Source of the DNA: Pristiophorus japonicus
Taxonomy: Eukaryota
Direction of reading: 5' to 3'
Assembly: GCF_044704955.1 (NCBI RefSeq)
Contig: NC_091987.1
Location: forward strand, 40,920,001 to 40,984,000
DNA: 64,000 nt
Shown: positions 24,736 to 38,129 of the stretch, piece by piece
How positions within the stretch are numbered: the first letter of the stretch is position 1
How the letters are laid out: each line of letters begins with the position of its first letter
Program-made: the position numbers and the translations under genes
Notes under the pieces: generated by a model
What the model was told of the DNA's origin: nothing
The model's input: the letters and a program-made list of their open reading frames with translations, nothing else
Databases searched by the model: none

Positions 24736-26099
24736 TTTATTTTTAATTTTCTTATTTGTACAATAATAGTATCACCTTGTTCTCATTTATTTTAAAAAGA
24801 AATCAAATCTTGATGATACAAGGTCAGTCTTGTACCTTGTGGCATTTGCCCAGTTCGATCTGCAACCTGTGCATCACTAACTTCGACAATCAATTGCCCC
24901 ACAACTGTTCTGCTCAGAGTTTTTGTTGTGTGTATAATGTAATACCCTAACAGGATGCAGCTTCTTATTCCTATTAAAGAGAACAGGTCAAGTTTACTGA
25001 AAGCAGAAAACTCTGCTTATTTGATCTGTTCCCATCATAAGCAAAGTCAGGTTTGAGTGGTGGTGAAGCCCTATTATAGTCCCAGTAACTTCCTGTATCT
25101 GTGCCCACAATGCTTGGAGGTAGGAATGTGAACAAAATGTGTGCAGTAGAGTGCCTGTTTACACAAGGTTCCATAAGCATTCATCTAAATGAGTTGGGTG
25201 GAATTTGTGGGGTGAGACACATTTTCTATTTTCAAGCTGAGCTCCACTTTCAGCTATCCCATATTATGTACATACACACACACACATACAAACATATCCC
25301 ATACATTGAATTGTGTGTAATATTTGTTATGTAAATTATATTTAAAACTTTATATGAATCTGATACCAGCAACATAAATCACATTACAACTGCCCAAGTA
25401 TTAGATATTTCACATGTTGCACGCTAATGGGTTAAGTATTTCCAGTTACCACACATTGCAGCCAGTGTACCTAAATAGACCCAGCTGTCCGTAACTGGTG
25501 GGCGCCACGGGGTATAGTGTGTCTTAAAGCAGCTATACAAATGCAAGTTGTTGTTGATATTGAACATATAATTTGATGGTTATTTATCTGTTGTTGCTGT
25601 ATTAAGCATGGTTATTATTGTCATAACATTTTGTGTTTCCATGGGGGAGGGGAGGAGGAGGCAACTCAATGTCAACCCAACAGGTTGACCAAAAAAAAAA
25701 GGCCTAAACTGGCCGAGGTTGTAACTTCTCTAATATTCTACCTCCAGGCTGTAACCGTATGGCAGGAGTCCCAGCAGAAGCCAGCTGGGCTTTGGAAGGA
25801 TCCAGTTCCTCAATAGAAAACAATCGTCTCGGCACTGCGGGGAGGTTCTATTCAGAATGCTGTGTTGGGAACCTTCACTCGGTGCAACATTGTTAAAGTT
25901 TGCCTGGTGATGGGATGGGAATGGGGGAAAATCCGGAATGCGAACAGGAGGCTAAGGAGCACATGGCTATGCAACAGGTGGGAAAGATTCAGCACTGGAG
26001 AAGGAGGCGGGAAAGGTAGGATGTGGCCATATTTAGGAGGATATTTTGAGTTCAATGCCTCTGTAGGATTTGAGCGCCCCCTATTTGCCTGACAATAAA

Positions 26100-29000
26100 T
26101 TAACAAAAAAATCCAAATTATTTAATTGATATTGCCTCTTATCGAATGCAGGACCAATATAATACGCTGTGCGCCCACCCAACCCACACACACATTTAAA
26201 ATCTTCTCACCTTTCCTAGGGATAATTTTACCAAAAGATTGCTTCAGAATGGGAATGTGACGGAAGATCATTACTCAGCACAAATGAGAAGAGGGAGGAA
26301 GGGGTTAATGCCAATAAGGCGGCGTGTTTTCTGTCTAGCTCACGGTGCTGTACTTCGTTTGCTCAGCAAGATCTCCAGGAAGAGATCATCCCAGGCTGGT
26401 GAAAACAGCCCTTTCACCCGCGATCATAGAGACAGCCACCACAAGGTATGGACACAAACGATACGAGAAGTAAATAGATGTGAAGAGGTCAAGAGAACCA
26501 ATAAAATTGATTTCCGACTTTAATCCCCGATTCTTTGACGTGCGCTCGCTCGCTCTGAAGCCGGGTTCCAGAGAGCGACTCTCACTTTGCTCAAACATTT
26601 TCGGTTTGAAAGGAGTCGAATTAATGGACACTCCTTAAAAGTCACAGATCGTTGATGTAGGATTGCTTATGGGAAATAGTCAACACATAGGCTGCATGTG
26701 GTGATAAATCAGAGCAGCAAGAAAACAGTTTGATTCTTGGGACAGTTAGCTAACAGAGCTGTCAAGTGTCTGAAGATGGTTTTAATATTGCTAGAATAGG
26801 TGGCGACATGGGTTTGAACATGATACTACTAAAACCGCACAGTGCGAATATTGAACCGCCCGATCTCAAAAGGAACTACTTACAACTTGAGGCGGTAAAT
26901 ATTAATCGGCGGTGAATTGTGCTGAGGAATGGCTTTCGCCTATCCGTGCACCCACCATCCCTCCCAGTTGCGAGTTGTGTGATACTGGATTGGAGTTAGG
27001 TGCTAGTGAACAATAAATTAAGCAAAGGACGCGATTGGATGAACAGGGGTGTATCATTGCAGCTAAAGAGAAATGATCCTTATTTGTAGTTTGTTAATTT
27101 ATCACAAATGAGGGCAATTAGAACTGAAGTAAGCCAGGGAGGAGGTGCAGGTTTGCTCGTGTTTGGCTATCCTCATGTGTGGGTAGGTGTGTGTGTGTGG
27201 AAAAGTTTCCCCCATATACGCACTGCCTACGTTAAAAGCGTGAAACTGTGATTGCATAAGGATCTGTTGCCATTTTAATGACAATTTCTTAAAATATCAG
27301 TATCTTTGCATTTAAAGATCTAATTGTCTTCAAAGCATTAAAACTGAAACTAAACGCTTGTCCGATATCAACCCCTACTGTTGTTCAAAGAACTGCAGAT
27401 TTCTCCAAATTCAATTTGTTTCTAAGCCAGTAATTAAAGATGAGAATCTTCACTACCTACAGAACCTAAATATGTGCTGCGTGGAAATAGGTTCATCACA
27501 GCTTTAGGAAATGTGGTGCAGATAAGACGTCTAGATATTTGATGACTGTCACATATATACGGTGTAGCTGGAAGAGATACTGGCTACTTAGTGAAATGTG
27601 CTCCAATGCAACAAAAAGTTTCGAAAATGATTGAATTGTGTATTGTAGTATAGTATGGAGACTCCATCTTTAAGTAGTCTGCCAAAAGACTTACTGCAGC
27701 TTTCAAATCCAATGCCAACATTAATTCAAGTGAAATGTATTGCGTTTTGTTGGCTCCCTACAGTTATCTCCTTTTGGGCAGCACGAATACCCTTTATCTG
27801 ACGACTGATTTCTTCCAAATTGCCCGCAGATACGCGTAAGTATGCATTTCACTTCGAACTGTATACCGTTTAACTTGGCGTATGTGGTTTCCCCGCAGAA
27901 GAGGGGTATGGCATTTTTAAAGAAACCCTTTAATCCAGAAACGATATCGATTTGTTGCCCTGCCGAGCACTGTTCATTCAAACATAGAACTCTTTATGGC
28001 TCCACAATTTTTACATTTGCCGAGACACACGTCAATCACTCGCCGAAAGCTCAAGCGAGAGTGGCTTTGAGTAAAAGCATTACTGAATAATGTGTGCAAT
28101 TCACATTACCAATAGAGAAGTTTAACCGAATGAGTGCTGGTCGGAACTGATAAGTGAATGCTGTTTTTTTCCCCCATCCATCTCGGCTTCTGTACCAAAA
28201 ATTAAAGGTGATCATCCGCATTGTACTTCAAAAGTCCGTATATTTCTGAAAATATGGCGCAATAGCATTATAAATTACGATAACTAATACAAATAAACAC
28301 AGCCATGGTTTCTCCGTTGACTGCAAACTTTACGACAATTTTAACAAAATGCAAGCTCCAGCCATATGGACATACAGCACAAATATCTGCAGCAACTTGG
28401 GGAGAATCGTATCGGGCAACTGCATTTACAAAGGCAGCTAACCCAAAATGTACCCGCTAGATGTATGCATTTCCAGCAGGATGTACGGGAGTTTATGCAA
28501 GATGTTTGAGGAAATCTTACCAAAACCTTCTGAAATGATTTGCTGCTCCCGAGGTCAGTAAATGACACCTCTGATCATTACAGCGCCCACTCAGCGAAAA
28601 TTCCAGCGCTTCCCCTCCAATCTCACCTCTTAAATATCGAAAAGCCCCTTGATAAACGCGCCAAATTCACCGCCAGGCTAATACTTCCATATGCACTTGC
28701 ATTCCCTCGGAGATCACAGCTTCATTAGTCCTGGAAGTACCCAGTTTCCTTGCAGCAGACGTGATCCAAGTGTTGGAAAGAAGAGAGGGAATGTGAGACA
28801 GTGAAAGACTAAAGAGACAAGTCCGCAAGCTCTATGACAGGGCGTCGCGATGACTGAAAGGAATGGGCATTCTCTTCTTCAACCATCCCATGGTATAAGT
28901 GCACGCTCCACAAGCACATAAAGGAAGCGAATAAAATGTACATGTACACATGTACGCTGCAAAAGCAGATTCCGTATTTTCCGCTCCCACTGCTGTGAGA

Positions 29001-30400
29001 TTGCACCGAGCTCCCGCGGTGCAAGTGTCTCCCAGGTCCTAGCGCCCGCTGAGCACACGCCACCGTAAAATAATCCTAATTTTCAATGAAACGGACGGTA
29101 GAAGCCAAATATACAAGTGTTTGATTAATTGCCGACACCGTCCTGAACTGTAGGGCGCAAAAGCAGAAGGAATTCTACATCTTAAAGCTCCCAGTCTGCA
29201 GAACTCCGCTTCAACGACTAACTGCTTGCAGCGATCGCACCAATTTGTCCTTACTGCCGCCCAATGGAGATTCCGGAGGCCAGTGACGCTGGGTAGCGTT
29301 CAATACAGCTTCACTGAACTGAATACTCATCGGAGGGATTTCACGGAGCCTTGAGGAGAGAATCTTCTCACCAGATACTAAATGCGCTTTAATTCTTTGA
29401 CTGGATTTGCTTTTAACACATTTTAAACAACTCCTCCCAGCAACATCTTCCTTCTTACAGCGAGCTCGCTACAGAGTGAAGTCTTTTAACAAAGTTTCCT
29501 CATTGCTGCAGATGAACCAAGAGGCCGCTATAGACCGAAAATAAATGCGATCAGAATTTCGATGAAGTGGCATTCACGAGATGAAAGAGCTCTCAGTGGG
29601 GAAATCCGTTCTGTTGACAGACTCTGCCACAGAGGCACAGTCTGTGGCGGGAAAGGGACTCGTCAATACCTGCCACTCAGTGCTCACATTGCAGAAGCTA
29701 AATGTGAAGGAGGTTAAAGCCATTGTTCTTTTCAAACGGTCTCCGATTAATCTACTACATATATTTTATAAACTGTATGCGAAGGATAAGAAGGCACTTT
29801 GCTATTGTCTTAGCGATAACTCTCAAGGCGTACGCTGAATTGACTCACCAGGTTGCATTTGGTGACACTCGGAAACAAACGGAAGCTTTATTTTTCTCTA
29901 TTTTCATGGTGTACCGATATGAACACGAATAAAGTAATTGATGAAGACATTTGATTGTGCCCTAGTTATAATCTGTACCTTTTGGTTGTATAATTTTGAC
30001 GCAGAAGTGTTGGGGCTGCCATTCTGTCAGCAATATAGGCAGTGTGCCAATTAAAGTCACTTACGTTCCGTGGCAGCAGCGATTAGAATCTATACTTGGC
30101 AACCTTTCCAACTGAAATTAACCACGCGCAATTGATTCGTTTTAATTTTGCTTTTGATCAACTTTAACCAGTAGTGAAATTTAAAATAAAAAGTCTCGTG
30201 ACTTTTCCTGTCAATCAGACGGCCTTTTAGTCAACCTCCTCTTTTAAGGCAAAGGTAATTAAGCAAATTACGTGATAATGGAAGTCAAAACGTTAGACTA
30301 ATGAGACTAACGGTAGCACGTGAGATTGAAAACTCTTAGAGGAATCAGTACGGTGAAAGAGTAATGGTATTACAGGACTTGAAATCATCGCCGGTCTCGG
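26100..30400. promoter_or_regulatory. TE-free, CpG-retaining candidate promoter/regulatory region
   Basis: Visibly higher CpG density than the flanks and no recognisable repeats. CCAAT at 29240 and 29261, CCGCCC at 29257, half-CRE TGACG at 29284, and a strong minus-strand donor AAG|GTGAGA at 26211/26210. Confidence 0.45.
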
Positions 30401-31167
30401 CTTCAGGATATTTGAAAGGATGAGAACAGTGGTATTTTGAGAAGTGTGTGGTATTACAGAGAAGATCCTAGTCTGCTCATGAATAATTCTTTCTTGGTTC
30501 TGAAAAAAATATTAAATATTATTTGGTATCAAATAAGAATAGTGCAATTTAGATGAGCAACTAATAGAACAAGCTTTGAATTTAGCATGAACCGGCGCAT
30601 GGTTAATCTGGAAAATGCAAAACATAAAAGTGACTCATATCTGCAGAGAGCCGAAGACACAAGTGCTGCAAGTGTGACTTAAGTTATTCTCACACGTGGA
30701 ATGAATTCAATGAATTGCTGCTGCTGTGCATTCTTTTACATTGCACACCTGTTTTGGGGGGTGAGGGGTGCACAATTTTCTTTTAAAATGTGTTTCCACT
30801 TGAATTGCTATTAGTAAAGATCGACTGGGAGATTTTTTTTTAATCGTGATTTCAGGATGCTGTATGAGTGGGCAGTGGGAGAGTGGGTAGAATGGCTTCG
30901 GCATTTCCGAAGAAAAGTCCCATGCTTATAGAATGTGGATTGAGAAGTTGGAATAAGAAAAGGAGTTCATTATCTGGAATTGAAGACCTTGTGACTACCT
31001 GGGCTCTGAATTGGTTGAATGGGTTATGGGGAATTTATATACATAAAGAAAAGTGGAGCCATGTTGACTCAGCACAATAAAGGTCATCATCAATTTGGTC
31101 GAAAGAGTGCTGGTGATTAAATATTGGCTTGGAATTTATGGGGCCTATGAGTACACTGTCCTAAGTT

Positions 31168-34100
31168 CATAAGAACTTAACAAATATGAGTCAGACATAT
31201 GGCTCCTCAAGCCTGCTCCGCCATTTAATAAGATCATAGCTGATCTGATCTTGGGCTGATCATTTCCTTGCCCGCTACCCATAACCCTTGACTCCCTTTT
31301 CATTCAAAAATCTGTCTATCTCCACCTTTTGAATATATTCAATGACCCAGCCTCAACAGATCTCTGTGGTAGAGAATTCCAAAGATTCACAACCCTCTAA
31401 GAGAAGAAATTCCTCCTAATCTCTCTTTTAAATGGACGACCCCTTATTCTGAAACTATGCCCCTGAGTTCTAGATTCCCCCGCAAGGTGAAGCATCTCGA
31501 TCTTGTCAAGCCCCCTCAGAATCTTATATGTTTCAATAAGATCACCTCTCATTCTTCTAAACTCCAATGAGTATAGGCCCAACCAGCTCAAACTTACTTA
31601 ATAAGGCAACCCCTTCATCTCAGGTATTACCTCGTGAACCTTCTCTGAACAGCATCCAATCTAGTATATCCCTCCTGAAATAAGGAGATCAAAACTGTAG
31701 GCAGTATTCTCGGTGTGGTCTCACCAATACCCTGCATAGCTGTAGCAGGACTTCCCTGTGTTTATACTTCATCCCCCTTGCATTAAAGTCCAACATTCCA
31801 TTTGCTAATATATTACCCCCAAACCCATGAGCTCTTAGCTTGTGCAATAACCTTTTATATGGCAGTTATCATGGGCGACTTTAATCTACATATAGATTAT
31901 GCTAACCAAACTGGTAGCAATACGGTGGAGGAAGATTTCCTGGAATGTATTAGGGATGGTTTTCAGGACTAATATGTCAGGAACTAACTAGAGGGCTGGC
32001 CATTCTAGACTGGATGACGAGTAATGCAAAAGGACTAATTAGCAATCTTGTTGTGTGAGGCCCCTTGGGAAAGAGTGACCATAATATGGCAGAATTCTTT
32101 ATCAAGATGGAGAGTGACAGTGTTAATTCAGAGACTTGGGTCCTGAACTTAAGGAAAGGTAACTTTGATGGTATGAGACGTGAATTGGCTAGAATAGACT
32201 GGTAAATGATACTTAAACAGTTGTTGGTGGATAGGCAATGGCAAACATTTAAATATCACATGGATGAACTTCAACAATTGTACATCCCTGTCTAGAGTAA
32301 AAATAAAACGGGGAAGGTGGCTCAACCATGGCTAACAAGGGAAATTAAGGATAGTGTTAAATCCAAGGAAGAGGCATATAAATTGGTAAGAAAAAGCAGC
32401 AAATCTGAGGACTGGGAGAAATTTATAATTCAGCAGAGGAGGACAAAGGGTTTAATTAGGAGGGGGAAAATAGAGTATGAGAGGATGCTTGCCGGGAACA
32501 TAAAAAATGACTGCAAAAGCTTCCATAGATATGTGAAGAGAAAAAGATTAGTGAAGACAAACATAGGTCCCTTGCAGTCAGATTCAGGTGAATTTATAAT
32601 GGGGAACAAAGAAATGGCAGACTGTTTTGTCTTCATGAAGGAAGACTCAAATAACCTTCCGGAAATACTAGGGGACCGAGAGTCTCGTGAGAAGGAGAAA
32701 CTGAAGGATATCCTTATTAGGCGGGAAATTGTGTTAGGGAAATTGATATGATTGAAGGCCGATAAATCCTCGGAGCCTGATAGTCTGCATCCCAGAGTAC
32801 TTAAGGAAGTGACTCTAGAAATAGTGGATGCATTGGTGATCATTTTCCAACAGTCTATCAACTCTGGATTAGTTCCGATGGACTGGAGGGTAGCTAATGT
32901 AACACCACTTTTTAAAAAAGGAGGGAGAGAGAAAACGGGTAATTATAGACTGGTTATCCTGACATCAGTAGTGCGGAAAATGTAAGAATCAATTATTAAA
33001 AATGAAATAGCAGTGCATTTGGAGAGCTGTGACAGGATCGGTTCAAGTCAGCATGGATTTATGAAAGGGAAATCATGCTTGACAAATCTTCTGGAATTTT
33101 TTGAGGATGTAACGAGTAGAGTGGACAAGGAAGAACCAGTGGATGTGGTGTATTTGGACTTTCAAAAGGCTTTTGACAAGGTCCCACACAGGAGATTGGT
33201 GTGCAAAATCAAAGCACATGGTATTGGGGGTAATGTACCGACGTGGATAGAGAACTGGTTGGCAGACAGGAAGCAGAGAGTCGGGATTAACGGGTCCTTT
33301 TCAGAATGGCAGGCAGTGACTAGTGGAATGCCGCAGGGCTCAGTGCTGGGACCCCAGCTATTTACAATATACATTAATGATTTAGATGAAGGAATTGAGT
33401 GTAATATCTCCAAGTTTGCCGATGACACTAAGGTGGGTGGCGTGTGAGCTGTGAGGAGGACACTAAGAGGCTGCAGGGTGTTTTGGAAAGGTTAGGTGAG
33501 TGGGCAAATGCATGGCAGATGCAGTATAATGTGGATAAATGTAAGGTTATCCACTTTGGGGGCAAAACCACAAAGGCAGAATTTTATCTGAATGGCAGCT
33601 GATTGGGAAAAGGGGAGGTGCAATGAAACCTGGGTGTCATGGTACATCAGTAATTGAAAGTTGGCATACAGGTACAGAAGGCGGTGAAGAAGGAAAATGG
33701 TATGTTGGCCTTCATAACTAGGGGATTTGAGTATAAGAGCAGGGAACTCTTACTGCAGTTGTACAGGGCCTTGGTGAGGCCTCACCTGGAATATCATGTT
33801 CAGTTTTGATCTCCTCCTAATCTGAGGAAGGACATTCTTGCTATTGAGGGAGTGCAGCGAAGGTTCACCAGACTGATTCCTGGGATGGCAGGACTGACAT
33901 ATGAGGAGAGACTGGATCGACCGGGCCTGTATTCACTGGAGTTTAGAAGGATAAGAGGGGATCTCATAGAAACATATAAAATTCTGACGGGACTGGACAG
34001 GTTAGATGCAAGAAGAATGTTCCTGATGTTGGGGAGGTCCAGAACCAGAGGACACAGTCTAAGGATAAGGGGTAAGCCATTTAGGACTGAGATGAGGAGA

Positions 34101-36960
34101 AACTTCTTCACTCAGAGAGATGTTAACCTGTGGAATTCCCTACCGCACAGAGTTGTTGATGGCAGTTCATTGGATTTATTCAAGAGGAAGTTAGATATGG
34201 TCCTTATGGCTAAAGGGATCAAGGGGTATGGAGAGACAGCAGGAAAGGGGTACTGAGGTGAATGATCAGCCATGATCTTATTGAATGGTGGTGCAGGCTC
34301 GAAGGGCCGAATGGCCTAATCCTGCGCCTATTTTCTATATTTCTATGAATATCGAATGCCTTCTGGAAATCCAAACAAACCACATCCACTGATTTCCCCC
34401 TTATTCATCTTGCTCATTGTATCCTCAAAGTACTCGAGCAAATTTGTCAAACATGATTTCCCTTTCATAAAACCATGCTGATTCTGCCTGATTGCATTAT
34501 GATTTTCCAAATGTCCTGCTACTGCTTTTTAATAATGGACTCCAGCATTTTCCCAACAACAGATGTTAGGTTAACTGATCTATAGTTTCCTGCTTTCTGT
34601 CTCCCTCTTTTAAATAGGGGTGTTACATTTACAGTTTTCCGTTCCACTGGGACCTCCCCAGAATCCAGGGAATTTTGGTCGATTGCAACCAATATCTCTG
34701 CAGCCACTTCTTTTAAGACCCAAGAACTTGTCCACCTTTATTTCTATTATTTTACTGAGTACTTTTTCTGTAGTGATAGTGATGGTTTCCTCTGGCCTCC
34801 CACTAATCTTGGCAACATTGAATGCCATTGTTTTCAACTTGATACTATCCATTACTCCTTGCCATATGGTTCTCCCTCCTCTTAAAGCCTTTCCTTCTCA
34901 GTGGAATATATTTTTGTTGAGAGTTATGAAATATCTCCTTAAATGTCTGCCACTGCTCATCAACCGTCTTACACTTTAATCTATTTTCCCAGTCCACTTT
35001 AGCCAACTCTGTCTTCATACCTTTCTAATTACCTTTATTTAAGATCACGACACTGATTTGAAACTCAAATTTCTCACCCTCCAACTGAGTTTGAAATTCA
35101 ATCATGCTATGATCATTCTTTCCTCGAAGATCCTTTACCATGAGATAATTTATTAATCCTGTCTCATTACACAGTACCTGATCTAAGATAGGCTGTTCCC
35201 TGGTTGGTTCCACAATGTACTGTTCAAGGAAACTATCCCGGATACACTCTATGAACTCTTCCTCAAGGCTACCTTGGCCAATTTGATTTGTCCAATCAAT
35301 ATGAAGATTAAAATCGCCCATAATTATTGATGTACCTTTCTTAAAAGCCTCCATTATTTCTTGATTTATACTATGTGCATCAGTATAGCTACTGTTAGGA
35401 GGCCTATAGACTACGCCCACCAGTGATTTCTTCCCCTTATTATTTCTTATCCCCACCTAAACTGATTCTACATCTTGATCTTCTGAGCCAATATTATTTC
35501 TCACTACTACACTGATCTCTTCCTTTATGAACAGAGTTACCCTACTTCCTTTTCTGTTCTGTCTATCCTTCTGAATTATCAAATACCCCTGAATATTCAG
35601 TTCCCTTGGTCACATTGCAACCACGTCTCTGTAATGGCTATCAGATCATACCCATTTGTATCTACTTGTGCCATCAACTAATTTCACTACGAATGCTGCG
35701 TGCATTCAGATCAAGAACTATTAAATTTGTCTTGTTACCATTTTTCCCTGCCTTGACACAACTTTCTGATGCACGGTTATTATACATTCTATCCCTTCCT
35801 GTCACACTCTGGCTATCATTTCCCCCATCGCTACCCTACTCAATTGCCTTCTCCTTTCTCCTTGACTTTTTAAATTTCCGCTCACCTGAGCCCTACCCCC
35901 CACTATTTAGTTTAAAGCCCTCTCTACAGCCCTTATTATTTGATTTGCCTGGACACCAGTCCCAGCATGGTTCAAGTGAAGACCGTCACAACGGAACAGC
36001 TCCGTCTTATCCCTGTACTGGTGCCAGTGCGCCAGGAATTGAAACCCATTTCTCCCACACAAGTCTTCGAGCCATGTGTTCATTTCTCTGATCTTATATA
36101 CCCTATGCCAATTTGTTCATGGCTCCGGTAGTAATCCAAAGATTATTACCTTTGTGGTTCTGCTTTTTACTTTAGTCCCTAGCTGTTCATACGCCCTCAG
36201 CAGAACCTCTTTCTTTGTTCTACCTATGTCATTGGTACCTACATGGACCACGACAACTGGATCTTTCCGCTCCCACTCAAGTTCCCCTCCAGCCCAGAGG
36301 AGATGGCCTTAACCCTGGCACCAGGCAGGCAACACAGCCTTCGGGACTCACGCGCTCGGCTGCAGAGAACAGTATCCCCCTGAAATATACTGTCACCTAC
36401 CACTACAATATTTATTTTTACTTCCCCCACTTGAATAGCCACCTGTACCATGGTGCTGTGGTCAGTTAGCTTAGCCTCCCTGCAGTCTCTGCTCTCTTCC
36501 ACACAGGGAGTAAAAGCCTCATACCTGTTTACTGCCTCCTGGAACACAGCGTCCAGGTAACTCTACCCCTCCCTGATGTTTCGCAGTGTTTGAAGCTCAG
36601 ACTTCAGCTCATCAACACGGAATTGAAGTTCATCGAACAACCAGCACTTACCGCAGATGTGGTCACCGTGGATCCCATGGTGTCAACCAACTCCCACATG
36701 CTGCAACTGCAACACATCACCTGACCTGCCATCTCTAATGTATTTAATAAATTAAGTTTTCAAGTTTTGAACGTTTAGTTTTAATCCAAGCTCTCAATTT
36801 AAACCAAAGCCCAAGAAAAGAGCGAAAAACTGACCAACCAATCACTTCCATGCTTTCCTGTGATGTCACATTTTGATTCTTTTTACTTCTTATCCTCCCA
36901 GGACAGTTGGTGCTGGTTGAGCTGCTCCTCTCGTGCTGTGACAACTCCTGCTTCTCGCAT
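31168..36960 (-). mobile_element. Essentially full-length but decayed and internally deleted CR1 (5' UTR, ORF1 with zinc-finger start and SGNH esterase, ORF2, 3' tail), interrupted at 31861-34347
   Basis: ORF1 starts MAGQVMCCSCSMWE at 36732. Esterase-like IVVVGDSI...RLCCLPGARV at 36239-36547; APE GVVYRPPN..MGDFN at 35025-35456; 3' tail at about 31168. Confidence 0.88.
31861..34347 (+). mobile_element. 5'-truncated CR1 (subfamily A) nested in the opposite-strand CR1
   Basis: Runs from MGDFN through [13 protein letters not shown] and KFADDTK to the tail TTTTCTATATTTCTATG. The host resumes at ATCGAATGCCTTCTGG. Confidence 0.92.
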
Positions 36961-38129
36961 TCTTTTTGTATGCCCCGCTGGGTTGTTCTGTGAAAGACCC
37001 CGCAGGTTCGGGTCTTCCGCATGCGATGTGCATGCAAAAAAAACAACACTTGTGATCTGTCAAGTTTTTCCTTGACAGATCGATCTGTTCATTTCTCCTT
37101 GACAGATCATACGCATCTGCTGTAATTTCACTTTTGCTGGCGAGAGTTGGACTATTGCCCAACTGCTCCCCAGAGAATGCCCATGAAACATAGAATCATA
37201 GAAAATAGGTGCAGGAGTAGGCCATTCGGCCCTTCGAGCCTGTACCACCATTCAATAAGATCATGGCTGATTGTTCACCTCAGTACCCCTTTCCTGCTTT
37301 TTCTCCATACCCCTTGATCCCTTTAGCTGTAAGGGCCATAGCTAACTCCCTCTTGAATATATCCAATGAACTGGCATCAACAACTCACTGCGGTAGGAAA
37401 TTCCACAGGTTAAGAACTCTCTGAGTGAAGAAGTTTCTCCTCATCTCAGTCCTAAATGGCTTACCCCTTATCCTTAGACTATGTCCCTGGTTCTGGATTT
37501 CCCCAACATCGGGAACATTCTTCCTGCATCTAACCTGTCCAGTCCCGTCAGAATTTTATATGTTTCTATGAGATTCCCTCTCATCCTTCTAAACTCCAGT
37601 GAATACAGGCCAAGTCGATCCAGTCCCTCCTCATATGTCAGTCCTGCCATCCCGGGAATCAGTCTGGTGAACCTTCGCTGCACTCCCTCAATAGCAAGAA
37701 CATCCTTCCTCAGATTAGGAGATCAAAACTGAACACAATATTCCAGGTGAGGCCTCACCAAGGCCCTGTACAACTGCAGTAAGACCTCCCTGCTCCTATA
37801 CTCAAATCCCCTGCAGCCACTTAGCGTCCTCCTCACACCTCACATCACCACCCAGCTTAGTGTCATCTGCAAACTTGGAGATATTACACTCAATTCCTTC
37901 ATCTAAATCATTAATGTATATTGTAAATAGCTGGGGTCTCAGCACAGAGCCCTGCGGCACTCCACTAGTCACTGCCTGCCATTCTGAAAAGGAACCGTTT
38001 ATCCCGACTCTCTGCTTCCTGTCTGCCAACCAGTTCTCTATCCGCATCAGTACATTACCCTAAATACCATGAGCTTTAATTTTGCACACCAATCTCTTGT
38101 GTGGGACCTTGTCAAAGGCCTTTTGAAAG

